Shown here in pieces: positions 1 to 13,900 of a stretch of DNA of 64,000 bases. Made by a program: the position numbers and the translations under genes. Position 1 is the first letter of the stretch. The number at the start of each line of letters is the position of its first letter. The stretch covers positions 9,187,412 through 9,251,411 of the forward strand of contig CAJINV010000002.1 in the NCBI GenBank assembly GCA_905178155.1, given 5' to 3'. A model generated the notes under the pieces. That model was not told where the DNA came from. It did not search any database and worked only from the letters and a program-made list of their open reading frames with translations. This stretch comes from Amoebophrya sp. A120 (Eukaryota > Protista > Dinoflagellata).

Positions 1-200
1 TGATCTTCGTGGTCGAATCTCGCTTGCGGTGTTTTCTTTGAGGTAGGGGAGACGAAGAGACGCATCGTGGAGTATCAAGAAAGAAACCACAGCACTTCTC
101 TATCGGCTTTTTGCACGACTGAGAGAAGCAAGTGCCGCTACCTGATGCATCTGCGTAGGACTAAGATCATATACGACTTACGCTGAACAAGGGAAAAAAT

Positions 201-3200
201 ATGTCTGCCTTCTTTCAGTTATCGTCGAGTATGCTTCAAATCCCTCGATTGTGCCTGAATTTGGTTTAGCCTTTCTGACGGTCGCAGTATCTCTTAGACA
301 TCCGGCGCCCCTACTATTAACGAGTACAAAACTAGTACCCCTACCCTGCTTTTCATACCTGTGTCTGGCCTTGACCAGTCGAGTTGCAAAGATGTTGGGG
401 CTTCCCATCACCGTGCGCTCGCCTGTCGCGATTCCCGTGGCGTTTTCCCGCGGAAAGCACTATGACAGGAACACAAAGGGAGGGCATTCTTCGAGCTCCT
501 CATCAAGCAGTTCTGCATTCACTTCAAATAACGGCAGGATTAATAAATCTTCTTCGGCCACCAGCACATCAGCAGCATCTCGCTCCTTAATCGCCGTGTC
601 CAAAGACAAAACCGCCACTGTGGTTGACGCCGGGTCCGTTTTTCTCTCGCAAATTTCCGGTGGGTCTGTGTTGGTGTATCGAGTCGGAGATTCCTGCGCC
701 CCCGCGGAGAGCAATTCTAGCTCTAGGGAACTGCGATCAACACCGTCCTCCGTCGCACCAGCGAAACAGAGCAGCAATGTCACATCTACCACGGGCCAGC
801 AAACAATCGCCTGCATTGATCTTCAGTGCTCCACCAGCGGCCAGAGGGACGAATCACGAGGGAAGAAGTCAGACGATGTTGTGATCATCGCAGTGGGTGT
901 CTGCGCCGCCTCCGCAACGCCTGCTACCTCACCCTTGGAACATCAATGCCAATCTGCAGAAGGCAATTATGCTGATGGGTGCGCAAGCGAAATCCATGTC
1001 ATTTCCTGTTGCACCTCGTCCTCGTCCAGCAGCTCGAAAGGGCCAGAAAACGACACGAAAACGAAATCGGTCGCGAAGATCAAACCGGAGGATTTCCCAC
1101 CGTCGTGGCGTGGCGGCGTGTTTCAGGTGAAAGTCGTGCCGCAACCTTCAAAGTCAACCTCGGCGGCCACTTCGACAAAATCTTTGCTCGTTGTTGGTTC
1201 CGAAGAAGTCTTCGACCATTGCCGAAAACCGCCACAAGACGCTCATATAACCGGTTGGGCAGTCGATTTTGATTCCGGTCTGGACACCAATATTGCAGCT
1301 AAGAAGATGAAAACGACTTTATCTGCTTCGTCCCGATTGTTCACCGTTCGTCCTCCGCTGGGCGCGAGCCTGCAGCTGGCGGTGACGGAGGCGAGTGTGT
1401 TCGCTTACTGCAGCGACGAGGATTTCGATTTATGCAGCGGCGGTGGTATAGAAGACAAATTTGGATCGGTGTTTTGTTGGCAGGACGCCCTGCTGGTACC
1501 TCGTCCCGGTGCTCCGTTCTCTCCTGTCCAGCCGAAAATCCTCGTGCGCCCGGACATGCTGAAGCGGTTGCAGAGTCGAGAACAGGTTGAAGAAGCGGGT
1601 GGCGACACTGTGGCGAAACATAAAGCATTCTCTTCGACGTCTTCTCGAGAGGAAAGGCATCACGCAAACGAACAGGACCAAAATAGTACCCGCATCGTCG
1701 GCGTCGTCGCCGTTTCACCGCCGAAGGCTTCCCGATCCGCCTCTTCTGCTGATCGGTTGTTTTGCCTCACCGGTTCCGGCCTGCTGCTGTGTTGCAACGC
1801 GGGCTCAGGGCAGGTCGAGCGCTACACGCAAGTCGTGGCGAGGAAAAAGAACTCAACTGCAAATCATAAAGCCGGAGGACAAGCTCCTTGTCCTTCTTCC
1901 GTAAGAACTGGCGCCAGGGAAGAACTACATGCTCGCCCACTACATGAACCGCAATCCTGTGCGTACGCACTCGTTAGAGTTTCATCTTCAGGACCAAGTG
2001 GTGCATCGTCTTACCTTGCGGTTGGGTTAGCAAACAAGATCAAACTGCTGTCCGAGGACACTTTGGAGTGGAAAGTGACGGTCCCGGTTTCCTTTCCACA
2101 ACCAAGTACGACTTTGCCCGACAGAACGGACTCCGCCACTGCGGGATGTCCTGCAATTCGCAAATTGTGGAGCTTTGAGCAAGATGATTCCAAAGTGCTC
2201 CTCGCGCTCGATGATTACGGTACGATACAAACCGTTGATTGGTCCTCGGCCCCCTGCTCCAGCGGTCGTCCTGGAACAGCGGCGAGAATAAACACCTTTC
2301 ATCGTTCGACAGCATTCTCCCTGACCGATGCAACACGTGGGAAGGCCATCGGTGTCAGTGGCATGCTGAGCTGCTACGAAACCGGTGTCCACTACCACGA
2401 CAGTGGCACGAAGCTCGCGCTTTCCTCATCAGAACTTAGCCGCGGTGCTGACCACGACGCACTTCTTCGCGAGAGCAAAGATGATGCAATGGATGGTGAA
2501 AATCGATCAGCAGAACTACAGGAAAAAATCTTCTTCAACAACTGCAACCGCCTCGTAACCGCATTTTCCTGCGATGAGACGGCGAACGTGCTGTGTGTCG
2601 CTTCTTACGAAGATCCCCAGACCGAATCTTCTGCGGAGAGAATTCACCTGTTCGCATTGGACGACGGTCAGCAGTTGCAAGGGCCCGAGTTGGTGGTAAG
2701 GGTAAGGTCAAGATTGTCAGAAAATAATGAGCACCACGTGCACGATTTTTCTTACGGGAAGAATACATCCACTACGACATCACCCGCCAGTAGCGTGAAG
2801 ACCAATCATTCCCGCAGCAACACCAACACGCCGATGCATCAAGGCAGTAATTCCTCTTCGACCAACCACCGTGACAGCGTCGCGAGTCTTGCCTCCTGCG
2901 CATCGAAGAGTTCTGCATTTTCGAAGGAGAAAGAAATCGCGTTTCAGAAGGAGCGCGTGCAGAACAAAATCAAGTCACAACTGGGCTTGCCACCACCGTC
3001 GGTGAAGAATAACAACGGTGGAAAGACGTCAAGGACCGCACGCGTGGGGTCTTCTTACGCTAGTGCAGCGAGCTCTTCTACCGGACGTTTCAAAAAGGGA
3101 AACAAGAGCAGCGACTACGATCACGACCAGTCCGACAGCTGCAAGTCGGGAGTTCTTCCCTTCAGCCCGACTGCAAGAAATGAAACTACTTTATCCGGGT

Positions 3201-6200
3201 CGAAGAAGAGCGGGCTAGTATTTTCGCGAAAAGGGGAGGCAAAACGAAACCCAAGCGGAAGCCACAACTACGAAACCGCTCTTTCCGTCCGCACCTGGGG
3301 CGACACGACGGTTCTCGCCGCGGCCAGCTTCGACCCGCTTTCCACCAGTATTGAGGTGCAGATGTGGAAGATTTGGGCGGACGAGTCGAAGGCGTACTGT
3401 TACAATGCGGATCTGCTCTATTCGTCAAGTTTTCCGTTGTTGACGATCGTTGCTTTTGGCGTGAAAAATTATGCCACAGCAAGCTCAGCACACCAGAACC
3501 ATCCGGAAACTAGAAAGATAAACAGTCGGGGTTGTAAAAGCAGCACGATCACGATGTCCTCCTCGGAAAAAAACGCAGGGGCCGTGATCAAGTCGTTCGC
3601 AGTCTCGAGTGAAGGCGCTGCGGTTTGGATGGTGGTTGACAGTTCTTCGTCTTCATCTCGCACAAGTTCTTCGGCTTCATCCGGAGCGAAACCGAAAGTC
3701 TCGTCGCAGACACATACCAGTGCCCCGCCTCCCACGACACTAGTTCAGTTTTCCGCGACCTCTTCCTCCAAAAGCGGGACGGAGAACAAAGTTCTGCGCT
3801 GCGTGAAACGAGAATGCAGCTCCTCTTGTTCTTCTTTCGGCGGAATGGCGGTCGTGCCTTACAGTTCCCCGCGCGGGCCAGAAGTAGAGGAACACGGTGC
3901 AGCTGGTCTTCTAGCCTACGCGCGTGACGACATGATTCTCGACCACGAGCTTCTCGTTGTTCATGATGAAAAAGCCCTGTTTTGCTACGATGCCAAGACC
4001 GGGGAACAACTTGCCGGCGGAAGGCAAGTCGTTTTTGACGGAGGTAATATTAAAACGTTTGTATCGTCTTCAAAAACGAAATTTGCGGCTTCTGTGACCG
4101 GTCGCCGGACGTCGTCGTGTACATCTTCTAGTTTGATTGAACTGTTGGACGACAACTCCACCACTACCGCCTCCGTTGGGTCTCGGCGGCGGCGCTTTTT
4201 GTACGCTGCAACTGCAGTGACTACTATGTCAACTTCGACAAAGATCACGCCTCCCAAGTCCAAGGCTTCCTTGGCGGCTGGTGGTGCGAGCAAGACGAAA
4301 ACGAAAACCGGTGGGGAAGAAGCGCAGGGAGCCAAGCACCACCAGGAATACCTCACCTCGATCCTGCTTTTCGAAATCGTGTTGGTTTTCGATGCGGAGA
4401 GAGAAAAAAGCAACAGCACGACCGCGCAGAACGATAGGCGAACTTCAGATGGTGCAAGAAGCAGAGACCACGCAGCACTCGTCGTGCCAACCGTAACAAT
4501 CACGTTGCTCAAAGAATTCAAGCCTGTAGTAAGTGCGAGCTCATCCGCAACTTCGAATTACAATGTTCTTCAGAGTTTGTGTCTTTTCGACCGCAGAGTG
4601 CACGAGGATTTGTACGAGGTTGCTGGCGAACCACAAAACCTTCACAATCTGACGAATTCCTGGCACAAACATTCTGCGGCAAACAACTTGACCTTGCTTA
4701 CCATGGGGGTTGACGGAACAGTTTTCGAGTACGGGTTGGACGACCTCGTGTCATCTCAAGAAACTACTGCAACATACCCGCAGGAGGACCAAGATGCTCT
4801 TGCCGCAACAGCAAAAAATCGTGAAGTTTTGACCAGTTCAACATCGTCTTCTATCAGGCAAGCTGCAAACATTACCACTCCCATTACGTCCACCCAAAAG
4901 GCGAAGCACGACGCGCTAAGCTGGACGGTGAATTCCAATGCGTCCTCTGGATCTGCCGCGACGAGCAATTACTTCCAGCAATCGACGAACAGAAGGAGGT
5001 CGCTGGGCAGAAACTGGGGCCGACAAACGCTGGTTGGAAAGCCGGTGTTGAACTCGGAGGACCTGATGCACATCATGAACATGACCGGGGGAAGCTCCTA
5101 CTCGTGTGCGAGTCGGCGGGAGGAGGACTTGCTGGGAATGACGAGTTCTTGTCAGCAGCAGCAACAGAATCTTTCCGTGGTCATGGAGATGGACCAGGCC
5201 ATCGACTTGGTGAATGGCTTGCGACAGAACTGCTCTACTTCTGGCAGTAAAGGAAACAGTAACAGAGAGCAGCAGCCCGGGTGCATGACCACGACCGCGT
5301 CCGCTACAAATCCAGATCAAATTGTTCCAACCACTCCTGCCGCCGTGCAGACGCCCCACATGCTCGTGTCAAAGCAATTGAACTTTGACAGCGCCTCAGC
5401 AACGGGGAAAAAGCACAAGCAGGATGACTGCAGCTTCGACAAGAGCTGCGCTGGCGAGAGCGTCGAAGATGAAACACCAGTTGGAGGAGCAGAGAGGAGC
5501 AATTTTTCCTGCAGCCGTAGTTCCGCTTCTAGCGCATCCTCTTCTGCTGGTCATTTCTACACCGCCGGAACGCAGCGAGTGTTCGAGAAAGTGGAATTGC
5601 GGACAGTGGTGGGAAGTGCAAAAGCTACATCTCCAAACATTGGTTTGCCGCAAAAAAACTTTGTTCCCAAGAAAAGTAGCGCCAGTCTGCACAAGATCGC
5701 AACTGGAGGCGTTCTCAGTGCCGCTCATCGTGCCGCCCCTCCACCGCGCCTACCGACACCGACGGTGCACCAGCAGAATCCCGTACTTGTCCCCTCATCC
5801 ACAACCAGTTCCTCGTCCAACTCCCCCCGCCTGTTCATGCCGCCGCCCCGCCCGGTCGGGAGTGTGAGCGACGTCCACTCTGGCGACATTTTGACCAAGA
5901 ATGTTGTTGCAGTCGCCGGAAATGATCCGGGTTTCATCCCTATGCCGCTGCACATTCAGAACCAGACAGACAGCCAGAGTCCGGCGTCGAACTACAGCAA
6001 CGCGAATTCCCCGTCTGTGACAGTCTCCTCTGCTTCAAATGTAAACTCCTTGTCTTCGCAGAAAAGTCCGCAGTTTTACACCAACCTCCCAACCACGACG
6101 GTCTCGAGAACGACCACTTCGAAGAATCCAATCTCCACCACAGCACGCATTCGAGCGACGTCCTCCTCGCGAAGTCCGAAAATATCTGTGCAAAAAATGG

Positions 6201-7348
6201 ACAAGAATCTACTTCGGGGAGGTGGTGGTGTTCACGATCGTAACAGCCCGGTGATAGACCACTCTTATGCCAACGCTACTAACTCCTTTTCCTCTTGTTC
6301 CGGAAGTGGAGGGCATGGTAGCAGCAGCAGCAGCAGCAGTGCGGGAATGAATGCAGCCGTTTCATCGTCCGGCTCCGGTGGGAGTTCGCGCGCGCTGAAG
6401 AAGAATCCGTTTCTATCCAAGAACTCCGGAAATTTTTTCAGCACTCGCGACAGCCACAACCTGCAACTCGTTTCGCCGAGTATCAGCGAAGGAAGAGATG
6501 CGACGACGAGAAACGGCGGTAGAGCCACAGCTACAACGGAAGACTACTACAGCACAAGGGCAGCGGGAGAAAATAAAGCCACGTCCACAACTACTTCGGA
6601 CACGAAGAGGTCGCCACAACCAGTGGCGTCGTTAGTAGGTGCGGATGTCGACGGAAATTCGCTTGGACAGAAAAATCTTCACACACAAACAGAAGACGCA
6701 TCGCAAGCAGCCACCGGGGGGTTTGGGGATCACGCCGCTCACTTCCCGGGATCGGACAGTAACTTGATAGAAGACTCGCTGATTCTTAGTCCCAGCCCTG
6801 AGAAAGAGATCGGTTTGGTGCCCGATAAAGGAAGTGCAAGTGTGAAAGAGAAAACACAACGCTTCGGCGACGAGCGCCGCGAGGTGGCTACAGGAGCTAC
6901 AAGTAGTACCAAAGACAAGTTCTCGTGGTTGAAAGAGAAGTTGACCGACGCTGCGGACGCGTTGCGGTATTTGGACATTGCTGGAGTCTTGCGGGACGGA
7001 GATAGCGACATGGACGCTGTCTTGCAAGACTTCTTGGGGGAAGCTGAGAAGGTGCGTGACTCCATGCTCTTGAGGAAGAAGATGAACAAGAGCAGCAGGA
7101 GCAGTAGCGGCAGTAGCGCAAGCCTTTCGCGCCAGGAGGAAGCTCGAAAAAGCGAACAAGAAAAATCGGAGATGAAAGAAGTAGATAAAGGTACAACTAC
7201 TGAGGAGTGTAATACTAGATTACGGGATGTCTCCTTTCACTCGGAGATCGAAGAAGAGCTTTTCCGTACAGCGCAGGAACAGGACGGTGTGTTGCAAAAG
7301 GCAACCAGGATTTTGTCCCAGTTCGAAGCTGAAAAGCGCTCACGATAG
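201..7348 (+). CDS. Very large Ser/Thr-rich protein with probable divergent N-terminal WD40 beta-propeller region (WDR62/MAPKBP1-like, tentative)
   Basis: Uninterrupted ORF 251..7348. Proposed exon 1 is 201-250 (ATG at 201) with a phase-compatible GT-AG intron 251-378, giving ...PRFRVAKMLGL, reminiscent of the LEKVLGI start of WDR62/MAPKBP1 propellers. Short hydrophobic beta-strand-like segments are separated by long low-complexity insertions, followed by a disordered region and helical C-terminus. The family call is by eye only; an alternative start is ATG 392. Confidence 0.6.
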
Positions 7349-7912
7349 AAGAAGAAGAAAAATGCACGACGACCAGAAGTCAAAGGCTTCTGGTCGCGTG
7401 CATTTAAGTTGGAGTTTGAGGAAGAGTTTCTGGCCAGTGTCTGCTGTTCTCACAATTCGTTATAATTTTTTTCTCGTTCTTACTCATTGACATTGGATTC
7501 TTTCATCCATTTTCCAGTGTCTTGTGACGCATAGAGTTTTTTGATTTTGAGTCGATTTTCTTTCTGTCGAAGATAAATCTCTCGCGTCGCCGTGTGCGTG
7601 TTTCGAGAGCGAAACAAACGGAGTCGTGTTTCATCAAACTGCCCCTCGAGTTTCTTTTTGTAGTAAATGAAAGGAGGAGGTGACACGTGACAGTGTGCGT
7701 GCAGATGCAAAAGAGAGCTGTTGCACCTGTAAGTCGTGTCTGCAATCATTTCCTTGCTTGTGACCAAAGTGATGAACAAATACTAAACCAAGCTGAGTAC
7801 TTACCATGTGTTTTTACTCGAGCTTGAGCTGTAGCAGCTTTTGCATTTTTCTTCTCAGAGTTGAAACATGATGAAGAAACGGAGCAGTACTTAGCTTGTG
7901 AACCGCTACCAG

Positions 7913-10900
7913 ATGTCGAGTTTGAAGGACCTTCCCTCCCTGAACGCGCCTGGTCGGCGGCGGTCGGGTTTTGATTTGGATCCGAGTATTTTTGACACTG
8001 ACGAGCCAAAATCCAGTGCTGCCGGAAACAAGAAATCAAGGGACCCGCTGGGAGGAGGTACTTCCTTACAGAAGATACATGAAGATTGATTATGATGCAT
8101 GGTCTAATTTGCTTCTCGCGTTACTACTACTAGGCTTCTTTATGCATTCCATTTTTGTCTCCTAGATTAGAAGTGGTGTCAGCACATACTTGAATGAATG
8201 AATTATCTACAGGTGATGCTTTGGACAATTTTCTGCCTTTCGGCGAGCGCCCCCCGACCGCGGAAGAGGAGGAGCTGGAGGCGGAACTGGCCCGGCAGAA
8301 CGAAATTTTGAAGGGCGAGCTGAACCGGAAGGAACAGGAGACTCTACTCACGGACACCACGCTGCTGAGCCGCAAAAACGCCAGCACGATCGTGGACGGC
8401 GTGGTGAGCCCCGACATTCTGGACTCCACCGGGATCCTAGGCAACAATCGCACGCTGCCGCAAGACGAGGACACGGAGATTGACGACATTCTCGGCGACA
8501 TTCTAGAGGACGACCAGGAGGCCAAGGCGAAGCTGCTGAAGCGGTCCCAGACCGAGCCGCCGGCGCTGCAGTCTGCGGCCACGAAGCGCAATAATATCGC
8601 GGCGAAAGAAGCAGACCTGATCACCAGCACCTCGGAACGGAGCGCCGCTGTAGTTGCTGTGCCGGGCAGCAGCGCAGCTGCAGGAAGTAGCAGTGCGGGG
8701 GGCATCAACCTGGGGTTCTCGTTGAAGGTACTTAAGGAAAACTGTTACGTAGAGCGAGGAGCTGTGCCTAGCGATTGCGTTGGAACGCAACTGCAGCAAC
8801 GCCCGACAAGAAGTACCACACGTAAATAAAGTCATTCCAAATCAATGCCAGTGACCTCGTGAAAAACTAAAACAGGAGTCTTCCGGCTCTGGCCTCTCCA
8901 CGGCAAAGGATGCGGACGCGAAGCAGAAGCAGAAAGAGGCGACGCCGCCGCCCATGGGCGCGAAGCGGCGCGGTGGGTTCCAGACCAAGCCAAGCCTGGT
9001 TTCGGAAGACAGCGACGACGATTTGTTTCTCCCCATGGGCCCGAAAGAGGACAAAAAGACGGCAAATGTCGAGAACAAGGACAAGACCATAGTACCCACT
9101 GCTGCCGAGAGCACGAACAACCAGGCCTTGTTTAGTGCGGCGGAGCTCGGTTTCAGTGATAGCGACAACAACGGGCCCGATTCGGTGGTGACCAAAAAAG
9201 ATCAGGCGGGACCTCTCTCTGCTTCCGCGCTTGCAGCGGGCAACAATGCAGCTTCCACGGCCTCGACGACCGGGCCGCGAACGAGAAGGAACCTCGGCCT
9301 GCGGCTGAATTTCGACAACCCGGCTCCGAGCGGCACGAAGAACACCACGGACAGCAGCGGGACTGGGTCCGGTACAATAACCGGAGCCGCCGGCGCGGCG
9401 AATAAACAAGCAGACACGTCGAGCTCGTCGAAGCAGGACACTTACGACGAGGACGACGACCTACCGATCTTCGGGGCCGCGGTCAACAAAAAGCGCACGC
9501 TCGACGACATGGCGATACCGAGCCCCAAGAACCAGAAAGTGGTGAATCCGCAGTTCGCCAGTCTCACTACCAATTTCAACAACGAGGAAAACAGCGTGCA
9601 GTCCGCGCGCGGCGAGTCGCCGTTGCAGAAGGCGCGCGACCTGCAGAGCTCCAAGGAGGCCGACATATTCGCCCCGGGAGACGATTTCTTGAAGAAGCCG
9701 CCCCGGCGACCGCGCGGGGAGCAGGTCGGCGGGAGTCTGCTGAACTTTCAGACCCGAACAAATTATCCCGCACAGGCGGGAGGTGGACAATCGAATACCG
9801 CGACCTCGAGCGGGAACGAAGGCGGATCCGCGCAGTCGCATACGACCACGCCAGGAGCTGCTGCTGGCGTCGTGAATTTGCAGCAAATGCCGGGGGGCGC
9901 CGGAGGTCTTTCAGCGCAGAATGGTCAGGGTGGGACGAACAACAGTAATTCGAACTCCAATAACCTCCTTTCCACTTCCATGCTTTCCGCCACCACCGTC
10001 GCCAACCCGGGCAGCACTGCCAACAGCGTCCGGCCGAGTCGCCGACAGTCCGCGGAACAGGCCGCAGCGCTCGGAATCGGCAACAACATTGGCTCCGCGG
10101 TTCCGCAGGGAGCGAACCTCGTTGTACAACCTGGTGGCGCACCGGGAACTACAACCCCGATGGTCATCCAGGCCGGAGCAACAGCGCAATTCGGAGGTGC
10201 GACAGCGGCTGCTTTGCTTTCCTCGAATAACCCGCAGACGGCGTTTACGTTGAAGCAAGCGGAGGAATACGCGCGGAATTTGGACGAGCAAACGAACACG
10301 ATCAAACAACTGAAACTGGACTTGGTGCAGGCCAACGCGGAACTGCAGGAGCAGTCGCTGAAGGCCAAACGGCTGGAGAACGAGATCACGGAGCAGGATC
10401 TGAAGCAGAAGCAGCAGAAGGAGAAACAAAAATTGGAACTAGAGTCGGAAAGGGAAAGGTTCGACCTGGAGAAGAAACGGTTAGAGAACGAGCTGGATCG
10501 GGTCAAAACCGTGCACGCCGAGGAGATTCGGCACCTGCAAGAGTCGAAGCGCATGCTGACCGAGTCGCTCGACCTGGAAAAGGAGCAGTGTCGTCGCGAC
10601 GAGCAGCGGAAGGGACGCGAGGAGTGTGAGCGGTTGAAGCGACAGTTTCTGGACGACCAGGGTGAAAACGAAAAAAGGCATCAGAGGTATGGATCTAGGG
10701 TTTTTTTGGAGTGCATATGCACTAGAAATGCTGTCGCTGTCGGATCGTGCTTTACTGTGTCAAAAGATCCAGAAGGGTCGCCTGTGCGACGTATGTACTG
10801 TGGTACGAAACGCAATAACCAATTTACCAAATTTAAATTTTGAATTCAGGCAAGTGCAGATTATCCGGGAGTCCACCGAGAAGGAAATCGAGACGATCCG

Positions 10901-13900
10901 GAACTCCGCCAGCTCGGGGGTGCAAATCAACTCGTTGCTCGAGCGCGTGCACGACACCACGTTCCAGATGGATTTGCTGCAAAAGAAGATCGAGTCGCAA
11001 CGCTCCGCCGAAGACCAACTGCGCGAACAAGGGCTGGACAACCGGGAAAAAATGATCCGCGCCACGGAGAAGCAATTGCAAGAGCAGTCAAAGGAAGTGG
11101 AAACCCAGCGAAAGAAAATGACCGACCTGATCAATCGGATGGAGGCTGAACTGGCACAGCAGCAATTACACGCAAACGAACACGCCACGGTGGCCAGTGA
11201 AAGGTGCATAATATTAAGACCTAACTTGCTCATCATGATCCACTTTGCCAATAGGTTGTTGCTATGTGAAAAATCGGTCGGTGCGAGGTATCAAATGTTT
11301 TTACCACATTGTATACGGGTAGTACGTTTTGCAATCTGAAACCTGTGATGCCAAATTTACCAACGCAGACTCGAGCGGGAGCACGCTCGTTTGCTGGAGA
11401 TGCAGCGGTCCTTGAAGGAGGAGCGGGCCAAACAGTACGAGGAAACGAAGGTAGAGCGGCTGCGGTTGGAGGAGAAGGAAGTGCTGCTGAACCAGAAGCT
11501 GCAGCAGCAGACCGAGGAATTTGAGCAGAAGCATCGGGCGGTCACTGAGAAGGAAGAGCGGGTGAAAAAGTTGGAAAACGCGATCGAAAGCTCGAAGCTG
11601 AATTGCGAAAGGAGAATAAAAGAGTCCGAGGTGCTGATTTCGTCGGAAAGAAAAAATTTGCTCCTGGAACTTGAGCGGTTTGAGGAAAAGAAACGGGACT
11701 TCGTTTTGAAAGAAGAGCAGTTCAAACAGGCGCAGGGAAAGCTGGAGGGGGAGAAAATGAAATTTGAGGAGGACGTCGCGAGAGTCAAGGAGTTGGCTGA
11801 AAAGGTAGTTGAATTATGCTTCTGGATTCCGTAGCGTTAGTGGTCCTTGTGGTTGCAGCTGCACATGAACCAACTGTAACTTTTTTTTCTGCGCGAAAGA
11901 GAATGAAAAAGTTAGTATGTCGTGCGTAGCAGTTATATCAATTTACATGATCAAGCAAGAGGGTTGCACACTCCGACGTCGGGCTGGCTGCCCGATGTCG
12001 ACCAGCTTCCGCTGGTTCTCTGTCCTCTATCTAGAATCTCCGCTTCGTCCGGGCTTGCCTGGACTCGGCGTTTTTTCAGCTCTTCGGTTCTCGGAGAGTG
12101 GATAGTTTACGGAGGAGTGTCTCGATGAGAAAGCGAGGCGTACTTGTACGCTTCAGGCCTTCGCTCTGGTTCTGCTTCGCAGTTCCGCCTTGTCGTTTCC
12201 GGCATCGCCGATCCTTAGCGTGGATCATTGCGATGTACGACAAGGAAAGAGCTCCGGCGGTTCCGTCGCCATTGAACTGCTCAAGCCATGAGCAGGACAT
12301 AGTAGACGGCGTGCACACTGCCGCGTGCATGTAGCCCGGCTCAGCCGGGCGCTGGGATATCCTTCTGACCGGGGAGGATGTCTTGGTGGGAAGATGGCCG
12401 ATGCGCGGCTCTTACAGTGCAAAGAGTTCGCGTGCTTCAGCTGTTTTTCAGGCTATCTGCGGGTGGTGGTTTGAAGAAGTCGATGACGGCTCGCGGTTCT
12501 CGCGAGTCCCACTGCTCGGGGAGTGGAGAGGTGCAGCCGCTGCGATGCAGTGCCTGCGCCTCTTCACGCCGAAAAAGGCATACGTCCGGCGGCAGCTTAG
12601 CCTATGGCTGGCGCCGCTTTATTCGGCAACACGCAACGGTCAACAGCACAGCTGATTACAGCTGTGGCCTGCCGCTCTGTGTGTCGCGGGCGGTTCGTGC
12701 TTTTGCGCTTAGCATCGTAAGGCGCAATGTAGCACCACCACCAGACGTCCAAACGGACGCGGGCCGCTCGCCTGTCATTGATGAAGCCGCGCGAGCAGGG
12801 GCGCCGCGCTTCACTTTGACAGGAATCCCCTACTGAAGAGCCCCACCGAAGGCCAAGGCTACTGGTATCCATTTAGGGCGATGCCCGAGGTCAGTGACGT
12901 TGTCACTGGCCGGGGCCAGAGTAACACACTGTACACGCACAGCATCACGCTAACGCTGACAAACACCCACGAACAAGGGGCACCCCGCGCCCGCATACCC
13001 CCCTCGCCGATGGCAGGGGGGCGCCCGATGGGCTGACTATTACTAAGCGACTTGCTGTTGCACAGACGCCGGCACAGCCGATGGCTGTGCCGGTGAGATG
13101 AAGGCTTCGTTCTCCCCACCACACCTCCCAGCACCTGGGCGCGCAACTCCACAGGCACAGCCCCGCAGGCGCGGCGGTTATGTTGTTGAGTCGCATGGCT
13201 AGGCTGCAAGTATTCGTTGGTGTGCACCACATGCGACGTCGATGATGTCGCCTGCGGGTGCTGGGTCGGGGTTGGGCGTCCACGACATTGTTGCTGCATC
13301 TCTTCGGGGTTTGCAAATACCTTGTCGTAGCCATTGCGCCGGCGCTTGGTTTTGTCCACGATGTGGATGTCTCTGAGTCGCTTGTGCTTTGGTATCAGGG
13401 GTGCTGACTTGGAAGGAGAGCTGAGCGCGTTAGCCTATCGGCGTCGTTGCTCCGTCCTTCGCCCCTCGACGTCGGTCCGCCGGCGTTGATTGCCTGCAGG
13501 TGATTAGCGCAGTCGAGGGGTTCAGTGGTTGGTGTGGGGGCGAGGAGCTGTGGTGCAGTTTTAGCAGGTCCTTCTCCTGTTTCGGATTTCTCTGCTGCTC
13601 CACGAGCCAGAGTCGTTCGATTCATCCAGCGTACCTGGGGACGCTTGATTTGCCTTTTTACATTTGGAGCGCCAATCCTGGCGTCTCAGACAGGTCGCAG
13701 CGCGATGTGCTGCGTCCGCTAGATCACATACCCGCGGGAACTTCCCGGAACTTAGTCACGATTGGGAGCAAGACCCCGCTGCGTCGCCCGGGTTCCGGGC
13801 TCCACGGCGGTGCCCTACCCCGGCGCGTTTCCCACGTGCTCGCTACCTAGCTACAACACAGCCCCGCGCGCCTGGATCTCTGCACCGACAGAGCCAGGCC

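Noticed and set aside
13326-13335. CGTAGCCATT, partial match to the dinoflagellate spliced leader
   Set aside because: Only 10 nt, inside an intron, not upstream of a start codon and lacking TTTGGCTCAAG.
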